Assembly (NCBI GenBank): GCA_973895155.1
Contig: OZ316893.1
Location: forward strand, 16,150,645 to 16,214,644
DNA: 64,000 nt
Reading direction: 5' to 3'
From: Marsupella aquatica
Taxonomy: Eukaryota > Plantae > Marchantiophyta
Below are positions 11,577 to 24,654 of the stretch, in pieces (the first letter of the stretch is position 1; every line of letters begins with the position of its first letter). Under the pieces are notes generated by a model. The model saw nothing but the letters and a program-made list of their open reading frames with translations, ran no database searches and had not been told where the DNA came from. A program made the position numbers and the translations under genes.

Positions 11577-14500
11577 TTATGAGGTGGGCTTGATCGTGGA
11601 CAATCTGCTCATGCCTATGCCTTCGAGGTGCGCTCTGTGCAATCCGGCTGGTAGTGGTTTCGTAAACATGTCTGCTCGATTGTCCTGAGATTTGATCCAT
11701 GCAACATTGATACTTTTCCCTTGTTGTTCTTGCGTGAAGAAATACTTGGGGTCAATATGCTTGGTCCTCTCGGTCTTCAGGATTCCGTTGGTTATCTGGT
11801 CGATACACGCCTTATTGTCTTCGTAGATTGTGGTTGGCTCTGTTATCTGTGGTTTACCGGTGCTGGACCTAATATGATTGATAATGCTTCATAGCCATAC
11901 AGCTTCTCTGCACGCCTCGTATAACGCTATGATTTCCGAGTGGTTGGATGACGTTGTGGTCATTGTTTGCTTTGAACTTCGCCAAGATATTGCTGTCGTC
12001 CCCTGTAAGAACACGTACCCAGTCTGTGATTTGGAGTCCTGGGGGTCCGACAGGTAGCCGGCATCAGTGTAACCGGTAAGCGTATCGGGGCTATTCTTAG
12101 GAAAGAATAGTCCAAGGTCGATCGTCCCTTGTAGGTATCTCATGATCCTCTTGATGCCGTTCCAATGCCTGATGGTGGGCTGTGCGCTGTGTCTCGCTAA
12201 GAGACTGACGGCGAACGATATGTCAGGTCTCGTCTGGTTCGCTAGATACATAAGGGCGCCCACCGCTGATAGGTACGGTTTTTCTGATCCCAGTATGGGT
12301 TCGTCTTCTTGGCGCTTCCGAAACATATCTTTGATCGGGTCTAGAGATCTGAGTTCCATCGGGGTGGAGACAGGGTAGGATTTCTGCATGTTGAATTGAT
12401 GAAGTATCTTCTGCGTGTATGTCGATTGGTAAAGGAATATGCCTGTTTCTAAGTGTTCGATCTGCAGGCCTAGGCAGTGGTTGGGTCTTCCAAGGTCCTT
12501 CATCTCGAAGACTCCTTTCAGTGTATGTATTGTGTCTTTCATCATCTGTTTAGTCCCGAATAAGTTCACATCGTCCACGTACAGTGCTAGTATCAGGACT
12601 TCGTCCATATGCTTTTTGATGAAGATGCAGGGGGCCAGTCCGCTATTTGTAAATCCGAGGGCGAGCATCTCTGTCTGGAATTTCTGATACCAGATTCTGC
12701 CGCTCTGTTTAAGTCCGTTGATGGAACGTAACACTTGGACTGTAAGTTTTGTTGTTAATTTCTTTCCTCTGGTATGCATTGCCTGTGTATTTCCACTTTG
12801 CATCAAGAGGGCCTTTGTATCCCCATCAGGTATTATTTGGCTGATGCCCTTTTTAATCTCTGTATTCAGGTTCTGGGACGTCTCCCCCTGAATGTGCTGC
12901 TTGACCCTCTCTATCAGTTCCGGGGGGGCAGTCATGTATATCTCAGTATCGAGTGTGCCGTAAAGGTACGCGGTTACCACGTCCATAAGGTTATTAACCA
13001 GTTTATGGTGGACTGAATGTGCTGTGAGATAGCGATATGTAGTAGCGTCCATTACTGGTGAGTATGTTAAATCGTAGTCCCTGCCCGGGATTTGTGTGTA
13101 GCCTTTGGCTACTAGCCGGGCTCGATATCTTACTACTATGCCTTTCTCATTTCGTTTTTTCAAGAATGTAAATCGAGAGTCGGTGTAATGTGTACCTGGT
13201 AATGCCATTTTAAATGGTCCGAATACTTGTCGCTTGATGAGGGCGTCCATCTCGGTATGTATTGCTGCTTGCCACTTTGGCCAATCTGGTTGTTTCTTTG
13301 CCTCGTTTATAGTGAGCGGATCAGGAATATCGTTGGTGATTTCCTGTATTACGTTATAGGCAAATTGTTCATCAATTTGGGTTGTCGGTCGTTTATATAT
13401 GTTACCTGTTTGCATGTATGTGATTGACATTTCCTCGTTTTCTTCGCTCAGTGGGTCGTTTTGATTTATCGCTGTCACGTTAAGTGTGATCGCTGGTTCC
13501 AGCGCGGGTGTACCCAAGTTTGCTGCTGGAGTTTTACGTTGGCGAGGCTGGGAGTCCTTGATCCCTGGTGGTCTGCCTCGCTTTGCTCTGGGGGCTGTTA
13601 CATTGGCCGGTGTCGAGGAGGTTTGTACTCGCGATGGCGCATTAGCTGCTAAGTTGTGGGATCTTGTGACATTTGCAGCGTCGTTAAATGAGTCTGGAAT
13701 CTTTTCGAGCATTTCATGTAGGTGGAGAAGTCTTCTGACTTCTTCGTCTGCCTGCTTGGTTCTGGGGTCATTTCTGTTTTGGTCTGCTTTCCAATTTATG
13801 GGCATTTTCGTTGTGTCCTTGGATTGTGTTGATGCTGTATTCGTGAGCTGTGGGAATTGATCTTCATAAAAATGGCAGTCCTGATGTCTTGCCTTGAACA
13901 GGTCTGCCGTAGTCGGTTCAAGGTATCTAATGATCGAAGTAGAGTCAAACCCAACATAGATACCTGCATTCCGTTGGGGTCCGAGTTTTGTTCTCTTTGG
14001 TCCTAAGATAGGCACCATTACCTGGCATCCGAAAATGCGTAGGTGGGACAGGTCCGGTGGTATGCCGAACGCCAGGTGGTATGGTGTCTTAGAGTTATAT
14101 GCTGACGGTCTATATTGGATTAGTGCAGCTGCGTGAAGGATGGCATGTCCCCATGCTGATGTGGGTAAGTTTGACTTCATTAACAGTGGTCTTGCCACCA
14201 TTTGAAGTCTCTTAATAACCGACTCAGCTATACCGTTCTGAAAATGAACGTGGGGAACTGGATATTGAGTATCGATGCCCGCTGCCCAGCAAAAGTCGTC
14301 GAATGTTCTTGATGTGAACTCGCCAGCTCCATCTACTCTTAATCTTCTTGTAGGATACTCTGGGAACTGTGCTCTTAATTTAAGAATATGTGCTAAGATC
14401 CGCGCAAATGCCAAGTTGCGGGTAGATAGCAATGAAATCTGCAGCCATTTAGTTGATGAGTCGATGATTACCAGGAAATATTTGAAAGGGCCGCTCGGGG

Positions 14501-16190
14501 GGTCTATAGGTCCGCAGATATCTGCATTGATCTGCTCTAGGAACTGTGGTATTGAAAATATTGTTTTTGGTATTGATGGTCGTATGGTCATTTTTCCTTG
14601 TGAGCACGCTATGCAGGCTGTTTTTACCTTTGGCTTGACTGTCTTGGGGATTCCTTTGGAGTCCCTTATAATCCTGTTGTACATAGTGGTACCCGGGTGG
14701 CCCAGTCGACAGTGCCAGATGTATGTCATATCCTCTGATTCTTGGTGTATATGGAATGTTTGGATACTGGTTGCGTATAGGCCTGGGGGGATCAATGCAA
14801 ATGTTTCTTTAATGGATGGCTTACCCTGTATGTCTTGTATGATCTGTAATGTCTCTGTTTTGCCCTGAGTATTCGTGCGCAGTTGGAGGTTATTGGATCT
14901 GATATCCTGGAAGCTGATGAGGTTTCGGGTTGCTTTCGGGGCATAAATTGCTGACTTCACGGTGATTTTAGTTCCTCCTGGTAGTATAAATGTGGCTCGT
15001 CCTTTGCCTTCTTCTATATGATTAAGTCCTGCTATGGTGGTGATAGCGCGGGATGATGGGGTGATGGCCTCGAAATACTTGCTGTGTTTTAAGATAGTAT
15101 GTGAGGTTCCGCTGTCGATGATGCCCGTATCGGGGTCGTCTAATGTCGGGTATTTCCAGTCAGTAAGAGAGGTATGTACTTCTATCTGTTCTTGTGTTTC
15201 TTCTCTCTGAGAGGCAATCAATTCTTCTTCTATCTCCATATAATGTCCTTGGGGGTTTTGTCTGGACTTATTTCTGTCGTTTATGTATCTGTGGGCCTCT
15301 TGTTCTGTGGCTGCACATGCGTTTCTAATGTGGCCAATTTTGCCACATCGGTAACACATTTTCTGGGAATTGTTTGCAGTGTCGTATTGGTTGCTTCGTC
15401 CTCTTCCTCTATTATTCATGGTGCCTTTGCGCCACGTGTTATTGGATCCGGAGGGTCGGTTATAAGGTTTGCCTTGTCCTCTGAATTGATTTCTCCCGCC
15501 CCTGAATTGGTTTCTTCCGCCTCTGAATTGAGTTCGTCCGCCCCGGTAATTTCCTCGTTGTTTGTCTTCATAATTGGTGTAGTGGGTTTCAGGTCGATGT
15601 GGTGGGGGGTCTGATCCTGCTGGGCGCTTTCTGGCGTTTTGCAAGGCCACGATCTGTTGCTTCTCTTCCACAAGTAAGTGAGCAATCAGATCTGAGTACT
15701 TAGTGAAACGCATGTTCCTATATTGTGTACCTAATGTGATATTAGATTCAGGGAATGTCGATAGTGTCTTATCGATTCTATCTATGTCATTTATTGGATG
15801 TCCACACATTTCTAATTGAGATGTAATTCTGCACAGTGCGCTATTGTAATTGGCAATTGTGGTGTGGTCCATGACGCGCAGGTTATGCCAATCCCTTCTT
15901 GCCTCTGGGAGCCATATCTCCCTCATATGATCAAATCGGGCTTTGAGGAGATCCCATAGTTTTCTTGGATTAATTTCGTTCATATACTCATTCTTTAGTT
16001 GAGGGGTTAGATGTTGCCTGAGTAGAAACGCTGCCTTAGCCTTTTGTTTGAGCGTGACATCGATGTCGGTATCTAAGGTGTCTTCAAGGTCTTGTGATGT
16101 AAAGTAAGTTTCGACATCTGTGATCCACGTCAAATAGTTGGATCCGTCGACTTTAAGTGCTGGCCATAATAATTTTTCGACTGTATTCAT
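11577..16190 (-). pseudogene. Gag-Pol polyprotein of copy A with one premature stop in RNase H
   Basis: Likely ATG at 16190 (MNTVEKLL; the ORF-track start at 16304 is TTG); CCHC knuckle CYRCGKIGH, protease IIDSGTSH, integrase HHCC/DDE, RT YVDD. TGA at 11889-11891 where copy B has CGA; natural stop at 11577. Confidence 0.93.
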
Positions 16191-16535
16191 TATTCGGGAT
16201 GTCAGTTGATTTAAGAACTTTGGTGAAGATTGAATCGAGTGAAGTATCTCGATTGTACAATTGACCGGTTGGAAGCTTGTATATGGAGCTGAGGGAGCTT
16301 TCAATCATGCCAATAAAGTATTAGTCCTTTGGACTCTCGATATGCTGGTCCCGAATTGATGCTCTATGTGAAATTTCGTGTTTTGTAAAAAAATTCAACT
16401 CTGAGGCAAAAGAATGGAGACCAAGAAAAAAAAACGGTTATGGCAGTTTCTAAAAAAAAATGCCACTTTACGAGCATTCTCCTCGTGTAAAACTCGATTG
16501 CATCTGCTTGAAAAAAAATGATTTTAGAGACTGGC

Positions 16536-16549
16536 TCGTGCTGATAACG
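16536..16549 (-). promoter_or_regulatory. Primer binding site CGTTATCAGCACGA, half-tRNA-Ile type
   Basis: Abuts the 5' LTR; complementary to the anticodon arm of plant tRNA-Ile(AAU/IAU) as recalled, not to a CCA 3' end. Confidence 0.8.
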
Positions 16550-16746
16550 TGTTGTAATAGACAACTAAAGGAACGCTCAAAGATACTCCAACAAGATAGA
16601 TCCATTACTATTGATGAGGGGATATATATATCCCCTTGGTTACATGGTAGGCAAATGCCCTTATACTGGTCCTATGGTTAGGAGTTCTCATACTATGGTT
16701 AAGGGTTCTCGCCCTATGGTTAAGGGGTAAACTAGGGTTTACAACA
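16550..16746 (-). repeat. 5' LTR of copy A (197 bp)
   Basis: Identical to 10876-11072; followed on the minus strand by the PBS. Confidence 0.97.
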
Positions 16747-19543
16747 ATATCAAAATGACTCAAATTGATTTTCGTGATGACCCTGACCAAAACACACCTT
16801 TGGGGCACACTCAACCCACAGGGTTTTTGGAAGGGATCACAATACCAGCCAGCGTCCCCTCTGTTTTTGGTGAGTGAGCTGACCACAGTATTCCAGTCAT
16901 GGAACTTTGGGTTGAAGATGCCCTAGTAGTATGTTGCTTCTGCTGGGAGAGTGAAATTTTTATTGGGGGAACACTAATAAATTTTGGACCTCAAGGAAAC
17001 CCTGGAGGCTTTCTGTAAAACTAATAGTGGGTTGATTTGAATCCAATTGTGTTTCTAGGGTCTTGAATCTGACATAGTCTAGCAAAAGGAACTGTATTTT
17101 GTCACTTTCTAGGTTAGTTGTAACTAAGGAGCAAAAATTCAGTTAGCACATTCAAGATTTGTGTTTGCTATATCCTGAGTGTTGAGATACCTGTGCACAT
17201 CTAATTTTACCAACCTATGTCCAATGCCCTAAGTGGTGCTCATCAGGTTAGTATGAGTTTCAGTTTGCTGGTTGAGTTATAGGAGACTAGCCCGATGCTT
17301 ATGCGTTGCACAAAAGATGTTGATCTAGGTGAGAAAAGGTGTTGAGGTGAAGAAAAGATGTCAAGTCAACTGAGAAAAGAACTCAAGCAGAGAAAAAGAT
17401 ATCGAGGGTGAAAAAAACAATGTCGAGGTGAGATAAAGTCGTGAAATGTCAGAAAAAATGTCAAGGCAAGGTAAAAATGTTAAAGAGAGATAAGCAGATA
17501 CAGATTATAAATATATGTCAAGGCAAGGCAAAAATCACAAACCTAGTGATACAGTTGTTGAGACATTATGTGTGATCCCAGCCATATAGTTGTTGTGGTC
17601 GTGTTCAATTACCTGTGCATTACACATCTATTTAAATTGGAGATGCGAGATAGCAGCCACTGCATCATAGAATCCAACACAACTGAGTGACAGGAACTTA
17701 TTTTTTTAACTGTTACTTTTTTAGAGAAATAAATATTTTCTGTAATTTATTTATATTCAAAAGTTATTTTACAAAAAAATTAATTTAAGATTAATAATTT
17801 CAATGTAAAAAATATACCTATTTGTTAATTAAGTTTTTTTTATCTTGGATAGGCAAGGGTAGACTAAAAGGGCAGCTTGACCCAGACATTTATTTTAGAT
17901 AATCTAAACAATATTTTGATGAAGGGTCATGATTGGTTGCTTTTTCTTCTTGCTAGGAAAACAATACACACCAAATATAATTCACTTTTAGTTTATTCCT
18001 TCCACTTCCTCAAGTTTTTCATTTTTTCCATACAAAATAGCACACCGACTTTGAATGACTATCACTGTATTTTTGGGTGCAAGAGTGTATTATAGTTTTT
18101 GATTATTTGTGTATTACAGTTTTTGATTCGTTGTGGCTGACGGCCAGGATCCATTTTGACTTAGTTGGCCCCTTGACCAATCATTTCTTTGTCGGGCCAA
18201 AATCGGTTTTTGAGATCCAATTCGGTTTGTTGAGAGACCTCCATTAACAAGTAAAGTGGCCAATAGAACCAAAAACAGAAGAAGGACGGTTTCTCCCTAC
18301 TGAAGAAGAACATTTGTATTAAGCAAGAGAAGGGTTGTAACAGAGGTGGCAAATGGTTCAGGTTTCCTTCCAGCTATTAATGTGGCTTTATCAAGATCTT
18401 GCGGGCCCTTGTGACTTTTGGCCACACAAAACTTGAGTTCCAATTCGTGCTCCGAAGATAATCTCCAGACCTGAAATTCTCTTAGAATCAAGTACAATAA
18501 ATTTCACTTGAATGAAGGAGCCAAAGTTTAGAAGTGTTTGGGCATGCTCGAAAGTTCTAGACACTTTTCACTACTTGCCATGTAAACTATGGTAGACATT
18601 GAATGCCCCCCTAATTTGGCAAAAATCAATTGCGGTCATTTCCGCTCATCATAGGGTGATATTTCTCTCAACAAAAAACCGAATTGGCCCGACTTCTTGT
18701 AAAGCCACTCTCATATACACTTGTCAGCATGATGTTAAGTATCCAACCGCCCACCGCCCTCTTCCCCCGCCCCGCCTCCCCTCGCACACACAAGAACAAG
18801 TATTCTACTGTACCTGCTAAAGTGTTAGTTAAGATTTGCCAAAAAAACGGCGCTTGTACAATTTGCAAAGTCAAACAAGCATTGGACCACTCCTACATTA
18901 TTAAAAGTTTGTTCCAGCTAAGATCATTGTTAGGTAAACAACGTACGACTGGGAGGCTAAGAAGCATTCGTAACGTATATAGTAATCAAAATTTGACAAG
19001 GAAGTCTATCTGTACTTGAGATACCCACTAACAAAGTCACGGCGTCGTGTCATGACATCAAAACTCGAGACAGGGCAGTGCCGAGCAATCCTATCCATCG
19101 TTCTAAATTTGATGTACACGATTCGTCGGTGCACAAAGGATGTCACCTTGTGGTGAAGGAGAACAAGCTATGAATATTAGTAATCTATTTGTCTTAGATT
19201 TATTATGATCGTAACATTTCGTTGAATTTAACGATAGCCATTAGATTGTGGCTAATGGAGTCTGGAACCAGGTGGTGAATGGAGGACACAAAAATCTCCC
19301 AATTTTTCATCAAAAGTGGCAAAGAATTTTAAGGGAGATGGAACCTTGCAAATTTTGCCACTGAAAAAATGGTTTCTTGTAAACATGCAATCCAGGTATA
19401 GGGGGTACTTAAGATGCAACCAGGCAGGAAATTTTGCCTGCAAAGAAAAGGTATTGCTAGCAACGTAAATCATTGATAAGGGGTCACAACCATCCATTAC
19501 AAGTTTACGCAGTCTCTCATACACCCTCTTCGTCAGCAAGGTT

Positions 19544-19686
19544 GCTATCCTCCGCTTCTACTCTAAGAACATATAGATATGTTCACACTGGTAGATTCTA
19601 GTGCATTTGTAGGATGCTAGCCTCCGCTTCTACTCTAAGAACATATAGATGTTAACACTGGTAGATTCTAGTACATTTGTAGGATT
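19544..19686. repeat. ~70-bp tandem duplication
   Basis: gcta.cctccgcttctactctaagaacatatagat...catttgtaggat occurs twice. Confidence 0.85.
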
Positions 19687-21005
19687 CCAGATGGTCAGCG
19701 CTAAAAAGCAGTCAAAAAATTAGGTTTCTAAAGAAAGTGGCACCAAAATCAAGGTATTAAACCAAGTAACCGAAATTTGCTAACGGAGTGGTGGACGTCT
19801 AGGGTTTTTTCCTCATCTGAGGGGAAAAAAACGGAATTACCACGCATGATAATCTACCTCCAGGCACATATAACAAATCCATTCACTGTTTTTGAGGGTT
19901 GCCCTCCTTTATTGGATTTGTTTAAAAGTTCCTTCAGGGGTTTTAATACAATAAGGGGTCTCAAATCTCAAAATTTGAGGAACCTGAACCTAGTAGTTAA
20001 GGTAAAGTGAAAGTTATGGACTACTAAGTTCATAATCCATGAGATTTTACCATAAACATTGGTCATATGCCATGACCATAAATTACTGTAGAGGCAGGGA
20101 AGAAAAAACCAACAACTCTTGTACACAACCCTGTCAAGTCAAGGGCCATAAGCGAACTCCACATAATTACTTAAGCTTTGAGATGCCCTAATAGTTACCT
20201 CCGTAAAACTGTCATGCCGAAAGATTAGTCCTTACATGGATTTTGGCTTTGGCTGACATAAATTTCATTAGTATTGAGGGTTCGGGCAAGAAGGGATGTG
20301 CAATTTGTATTATTCCCATAAACTAGCACTAAGAGCACCCGACTATACATACACATTGTCTTACCACAGGTATACTTTGTGTTCCGCCGCCGGAACGTAT
20401 CTTAAGTCGATAGCTGGATCGACTCCGGCTTCAGGACTTCTAAGCCTTCATGTTGTCCGCCTCCAATCCGGATCTGCTGATACGGCTCTCAACCTGGGCT
20501 CGCAACCACTATCCGCTGTTGGCACCCCGTGCGCAGCCCGCACAACGCATTCGGCCAAGCGTCTCTGCACGTATACGGGATTGACGACTGTGATCTTCAC
20601 AACATACATACAATCCCGATTTACATGAAGGAAATGGTGGGGTAAAGACTCTACTTCAAAATCCTGCATACACATACACACGGTTGACTCAACTTCTTCT
20701 GAACTAACAGGCCCAATGGCGATGCGATGTACACTACAATGGAGCCCGGCTTTGCTCTCGCCTGACAAGATTAGTCATACGCTCACCCCTTGGTGCCCTA
20801 TAGTTCTAAAGGCCAGGACTCCCCGCACATCCTGCGGCTGCCCGGTTTTGAACCTAAAGTCCCCCTGCCTCTACCGCGGGGTGCACTAAATACTGTCTAG
20901 GGTTGTGGCCAGGAACGGCCACGACGGCGACGCCAAATCTAACCTATCCTAAGTTCCTCTAATTGTCAGACCATAAAACGGCGCGTCCTATCCTAAGATT
21001 CTGTG

Positions 21006-23762
21006 CTAAGTGGGGTTGGCCGAATAAGGCAGTGCCACCAGGCCGGGAATTGGGTCCCCCAAAGCATATTCAACCATCTCCAATTGAGTCAACATTGTAT
21101 TCAACTTTGAGAATAAACTTTTAACATTCCCAACCATCCTGGCATCTTGAAGACAAAGTTCAAAAAGGCTTGGGCCACGGCCCTTCCTCCCGTGGGTCGT
21201 GTAGTTGACAAGGGCACCAATTTGATTTGATGCATGGGTTGCATCCGTTATACAAGATTGCACTATTCCAATCTTTGTTGTGGAAGACCATCGGTGCATT
21301 GCGGCATGCACGGATTCTGCCCCGCTATGGTTCAACATCAATGCAGACTTAGTTCTGTTCATGTCCTACACAAAAATCAAAAATAAAAGTATCATAAAAA
21401 ATATGTACATGGATCATCCGGTACATCTACAACATGTCCAACGTGGTCCATCCCTGAGAGGCTCTCCAAGATAACCCATGTGTTTACAAAAGTCGGAGAG
21501 GCTCTCTAACATGTCTAGTTTCTTGTTGGATATCTTTGAGATGACCAACATGTTTCATCTTGGAGAGGCTCTATGAGATGAACCATGTGTTTACAAAACA
21601 AGAGTTGACTTTCTAACATGTCTACCTTCTTGCCCATTTATTTCATCTTGGAGAGGCTCTCCGAGACGACCCATATATTCCATCTTGGAGAGGCTCTCCG
21701 AGATGGCCCACGTGTTCCATCTCGAAGAGGCTCTCTAACATGTCCAAGATGAATCATCTCGGAGGGCCTCTCTGAGATGTAATATTACTAAGAATTAATA
21801 GACTTACCAGCCGAATGTTTCCCCACTAGAAGAACCGCACAATCCACCACAAAAGCCATGTCTCCAGTGACTTGGTTTTTACTTTGATTGCATTCCCATT
21901 TTTCCACCAATCCTTCATCTTCTCAAAAGTCCAAAATGCAAGAACCACATTGACAGCGTCCCTCAATGAATCTAGAAGCTCCTTATGCTCAACTGCTTTG
22001 CCTGGAAGAATGCATTTCTTTGTCATCTTCTCCGCTGATTGCGCCCAGTGAAATGCATCAGATCGCTCCTTTTGAGAATTAACTCTTCCATCCCAGAATG
22101 TGTTTCAAATTGCATTCCACCCAATTGCAGCATTATCAACATAAACCCGCAAAATGTAATATTGTCAAGCCCATTTGCCTTACACACTCGCTTCATGACC
22201 TTCCATGCAGTTTGTAGTGCAGTAGTATCTTCCAAAACTAGCTCACATACAAAAATTGTGCACACACCTCTGTATAGGTGGTCGTATACATGAGTTGACA
22301 TTGTGCACCATTGCTTCTCAGTCATCCGATGCATAACATTAAACATCACCCATGAGTCTTGTAGATCTCCACCAGGCTGCATGCTTCAATTGAGATCAAC
22401 TCCAGACCCTGGACCCTTTACAGTCATCTTGAAAATGTGTGGGCGTTCATCTATATCTAGCTTCTGGTTTGGAAATAGAGTGCTTTGGACAAATGAAACC
22501 ACTGTTTTTTTTAAGATCAAGGATAACTTGGAGGTTGGACGAGGCATGGGTATACTTGCATATGCTCTATATCATAGATCTTACAACTGAACGATCTGAT
22601 AGTATTGCCAATATTTCATTCAGATCTTGCGCTTCCTCAAATCTGACAATCCCAGAACCTTGTCATCAATTACATCCCTTAGAGCTTTAATTGTGTCACT
22701 CTTGATCACAGACGGCATTGCATGAGAATTCTTCTTCAATTTCTCCTCCATCAAGTTATGTAAGAAAGCTTTTTGATCTTTCTTGAGAACAAATTTGGCC
22801 AGATGTGAGTGACTCCCAAGTTGCATAGCAACACATGTCATGTGCTTGTAAATATAATGGTCATGAGAGGTCGGAGTGACGTAGAACATTTTGGTTGGAT
22901 ACTTTGCTATGCACTTAGGAGGCCGATCACAAAAGGCGCAAATGACACTCTTTGTTGGAACTAGTTGTCCAACAGGAAATGAAACCTCATTTCTCCCACC
23001 CCTATCTTGCTGCCATTCTATGGAATTGCGCTCATTCTTGCTTGTAAAATCCGGACAATCTTAATGTGGACATTGCAAAGAGCCCATGCATCTCACATTC
23101 CCAATCTTATACTTGAAGCCTCCCTTGTTCAGCTTGGGTCCAATTTGGGCCCTTGACTCGATGAGCTTGCTTCACAGATAGCAGTCGTTTCTCCGCTCCA
23201 TACCCAAGAAGAAGGCAGCCTTTGTGTGGATACCTGTGAATGGGGGGAGCTCAAAAATGCAATCCCCATCATACCATTTGGGCAGATTCATGACTCGTCG
23301 GGGATAATGCACTTTGAGAATGGAATGGGAAGCCTTTACACATCGCGATGCGCCTTTCCCTTTCAGCATTGCGACAACAACACTTTCAAGAAATTTGGCT
23401 TGCTCTACCTCTGCCGGCCATTCTGAAATCTTCTCTCCAGTTTGAGATTGCAAACCAACTTCAGTAAGAGGAATAGAGCATAGCCTCTGCTGAAGAACGT
23501 ACAAAACTTCACTTTTCAGATGCCACATCCTTTCCTCTCCACTCTCCTCTGAGTTTGCCTCAATCAATGGTAAGACATTGCTGGCCTCAAAGAGTGCCCA
23601 CTCCCCAAACTCAACATCAAACCGATGAGCTAATTCGTTGTTTGGTGTATGCCGAACAACACGATCAGTCACAAGCACAACAACGTCTCCATTGTTTGGA
23701 AACGTGATCCTCACACGACCGCCATGATAACCACTTGGAGAAAGACTAATGTTGAGCACCAT
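21006..23762 (-). pseudogene. MULE-type DDE transposase with N-terminal GCM/WRKY-like zinc finger (decayed, one intron)
   Basis: Fragments CIFELPP; VRCMGSLQCPH.DCP; CAFCDRPPKC...VAMQLGSHSH; WVMFN(D)VMHR..W.TM..HVYD; GFM-DNAAIGWNA (frameshifted); AESVH give a DDE triad. Phase-0 GT-AG intron 21366-21807 joins RL|DM in frame. May extend to ~20360. Confidence 0.72.
21450..21779. repeat. Palindrome array 1 (~7 copies, inside the transposase intron)
   Basis: Repeated catcttggagaggctctccgagatg-type cores, ~37-bp spacing at the end. Confidence 0.9.
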
Positions 23763-24275
23763 GAGAGTTCAAGTGGCATCTACCGAGAGATTCCCCGTTC
23801 ATGTAAGGGATTTTATTGCCTTTCCACGAGTGTCAATTCAGTTTTGTTTCTCAAGAGCATAACTTAATCAGCAAACAATATGTGAAAATTGTTATTGATT
23901 CTTATGACTTTGTTTTGTCAGAGTACCTTATCTTCCAAACAAAGCATAAAAACCGTTATTGCCGCTTCTTTCTTTGTTGAATATGTGAAGATTGTTTTGT
24001 CATTGTACCTTATCGCCCAAACCAAGCGTAAAAACTATTATTGACGCTTCTTTCTTTGTTGAATATGTGAAGATTGTTTTGTCAGAGTACCTTACCGCCC
24101 AGACCAAGCGTAAAAATTGTTACAAATATTCTTCCCCCATTGAATATGTAACAATCCTTCTTGACAATGTACCCTTGTGAGCGTGAAAATTGTTATTGAC
24201 TATTCTTTATCCAGTGACTAAGTTTATTGGACCAACATCCAAGAACCTTTGACAACAAGTTTAGGGTGTCCATTA

Positions 24276-24612
24276 GGCTCTCTGAGATGCCATCTTGCGC
24301 AGGTATGAAGCCTCGACCCATGTTAGAGAGGCTCTCCAAGATGTCATCTTGCGCACGTATGAAGCCTCAACCCATGTTAGAGAGGCTCTCCGAGATGCCA
24401 TCTTGTGCAGGTATGAAGCCTTGACCCATGTTAGAGAGGCTCTCTGAGATGCCATGTTGCGCAAGTATGAAGCCTCGACCCATGTTAGAGAGGCTCTCCG
24501 AGATGCAATCTTGTGCAAGTATGAAGCCTTGACCCATGTTAGAGAGGCTCTCCAAGATGCCATCTTGCACCAAATCTAAGTGAGGACCATGTTAGAGAAG
24601 CTCTTTGAGATG
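24276..24612. repeat. Palindrome array 2 (54-bp tandem unit, ~6 copies)
   Basis: gaagcc...cccatgttagagaggctctccaagatg units start at 24307, 24361, 24415, 24469, 24523. Confidence 0.93.
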
Positions 24613-24654
24613 CCATTTTCAGGTGTGTAGCAAGGATCAGGCCCAATATTTGTC

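Larger units (their letters stand above)
10876..16746 (-). mobile_element. Full-length Ty1/copia LTR retrotransposon, Bianca-like (copy A)
   Basis: Identical 197-bp TG...CA LTRs at 10876-11072 and 16550-16746; 5-bp TSD ATATC (10871-10875, 16747-16751); PPT and PBS abut the LTRs; gag-PR-INT-RT-RH order; Bianca-type motifs (DICGPIDPPSGPF, RNLAFARILA, LGSEKPYLSAVGALMYLAN). Confidence 0.97.

Noticed and set aside
11279-15685. Antisense and overlapping ORFs inside Bianca A (and equivalents in B), including 11305-11700
   Set aside because: Shadow ORFs of gag-pol; conservation between A and B is uninformative because the copies are nearly identical.
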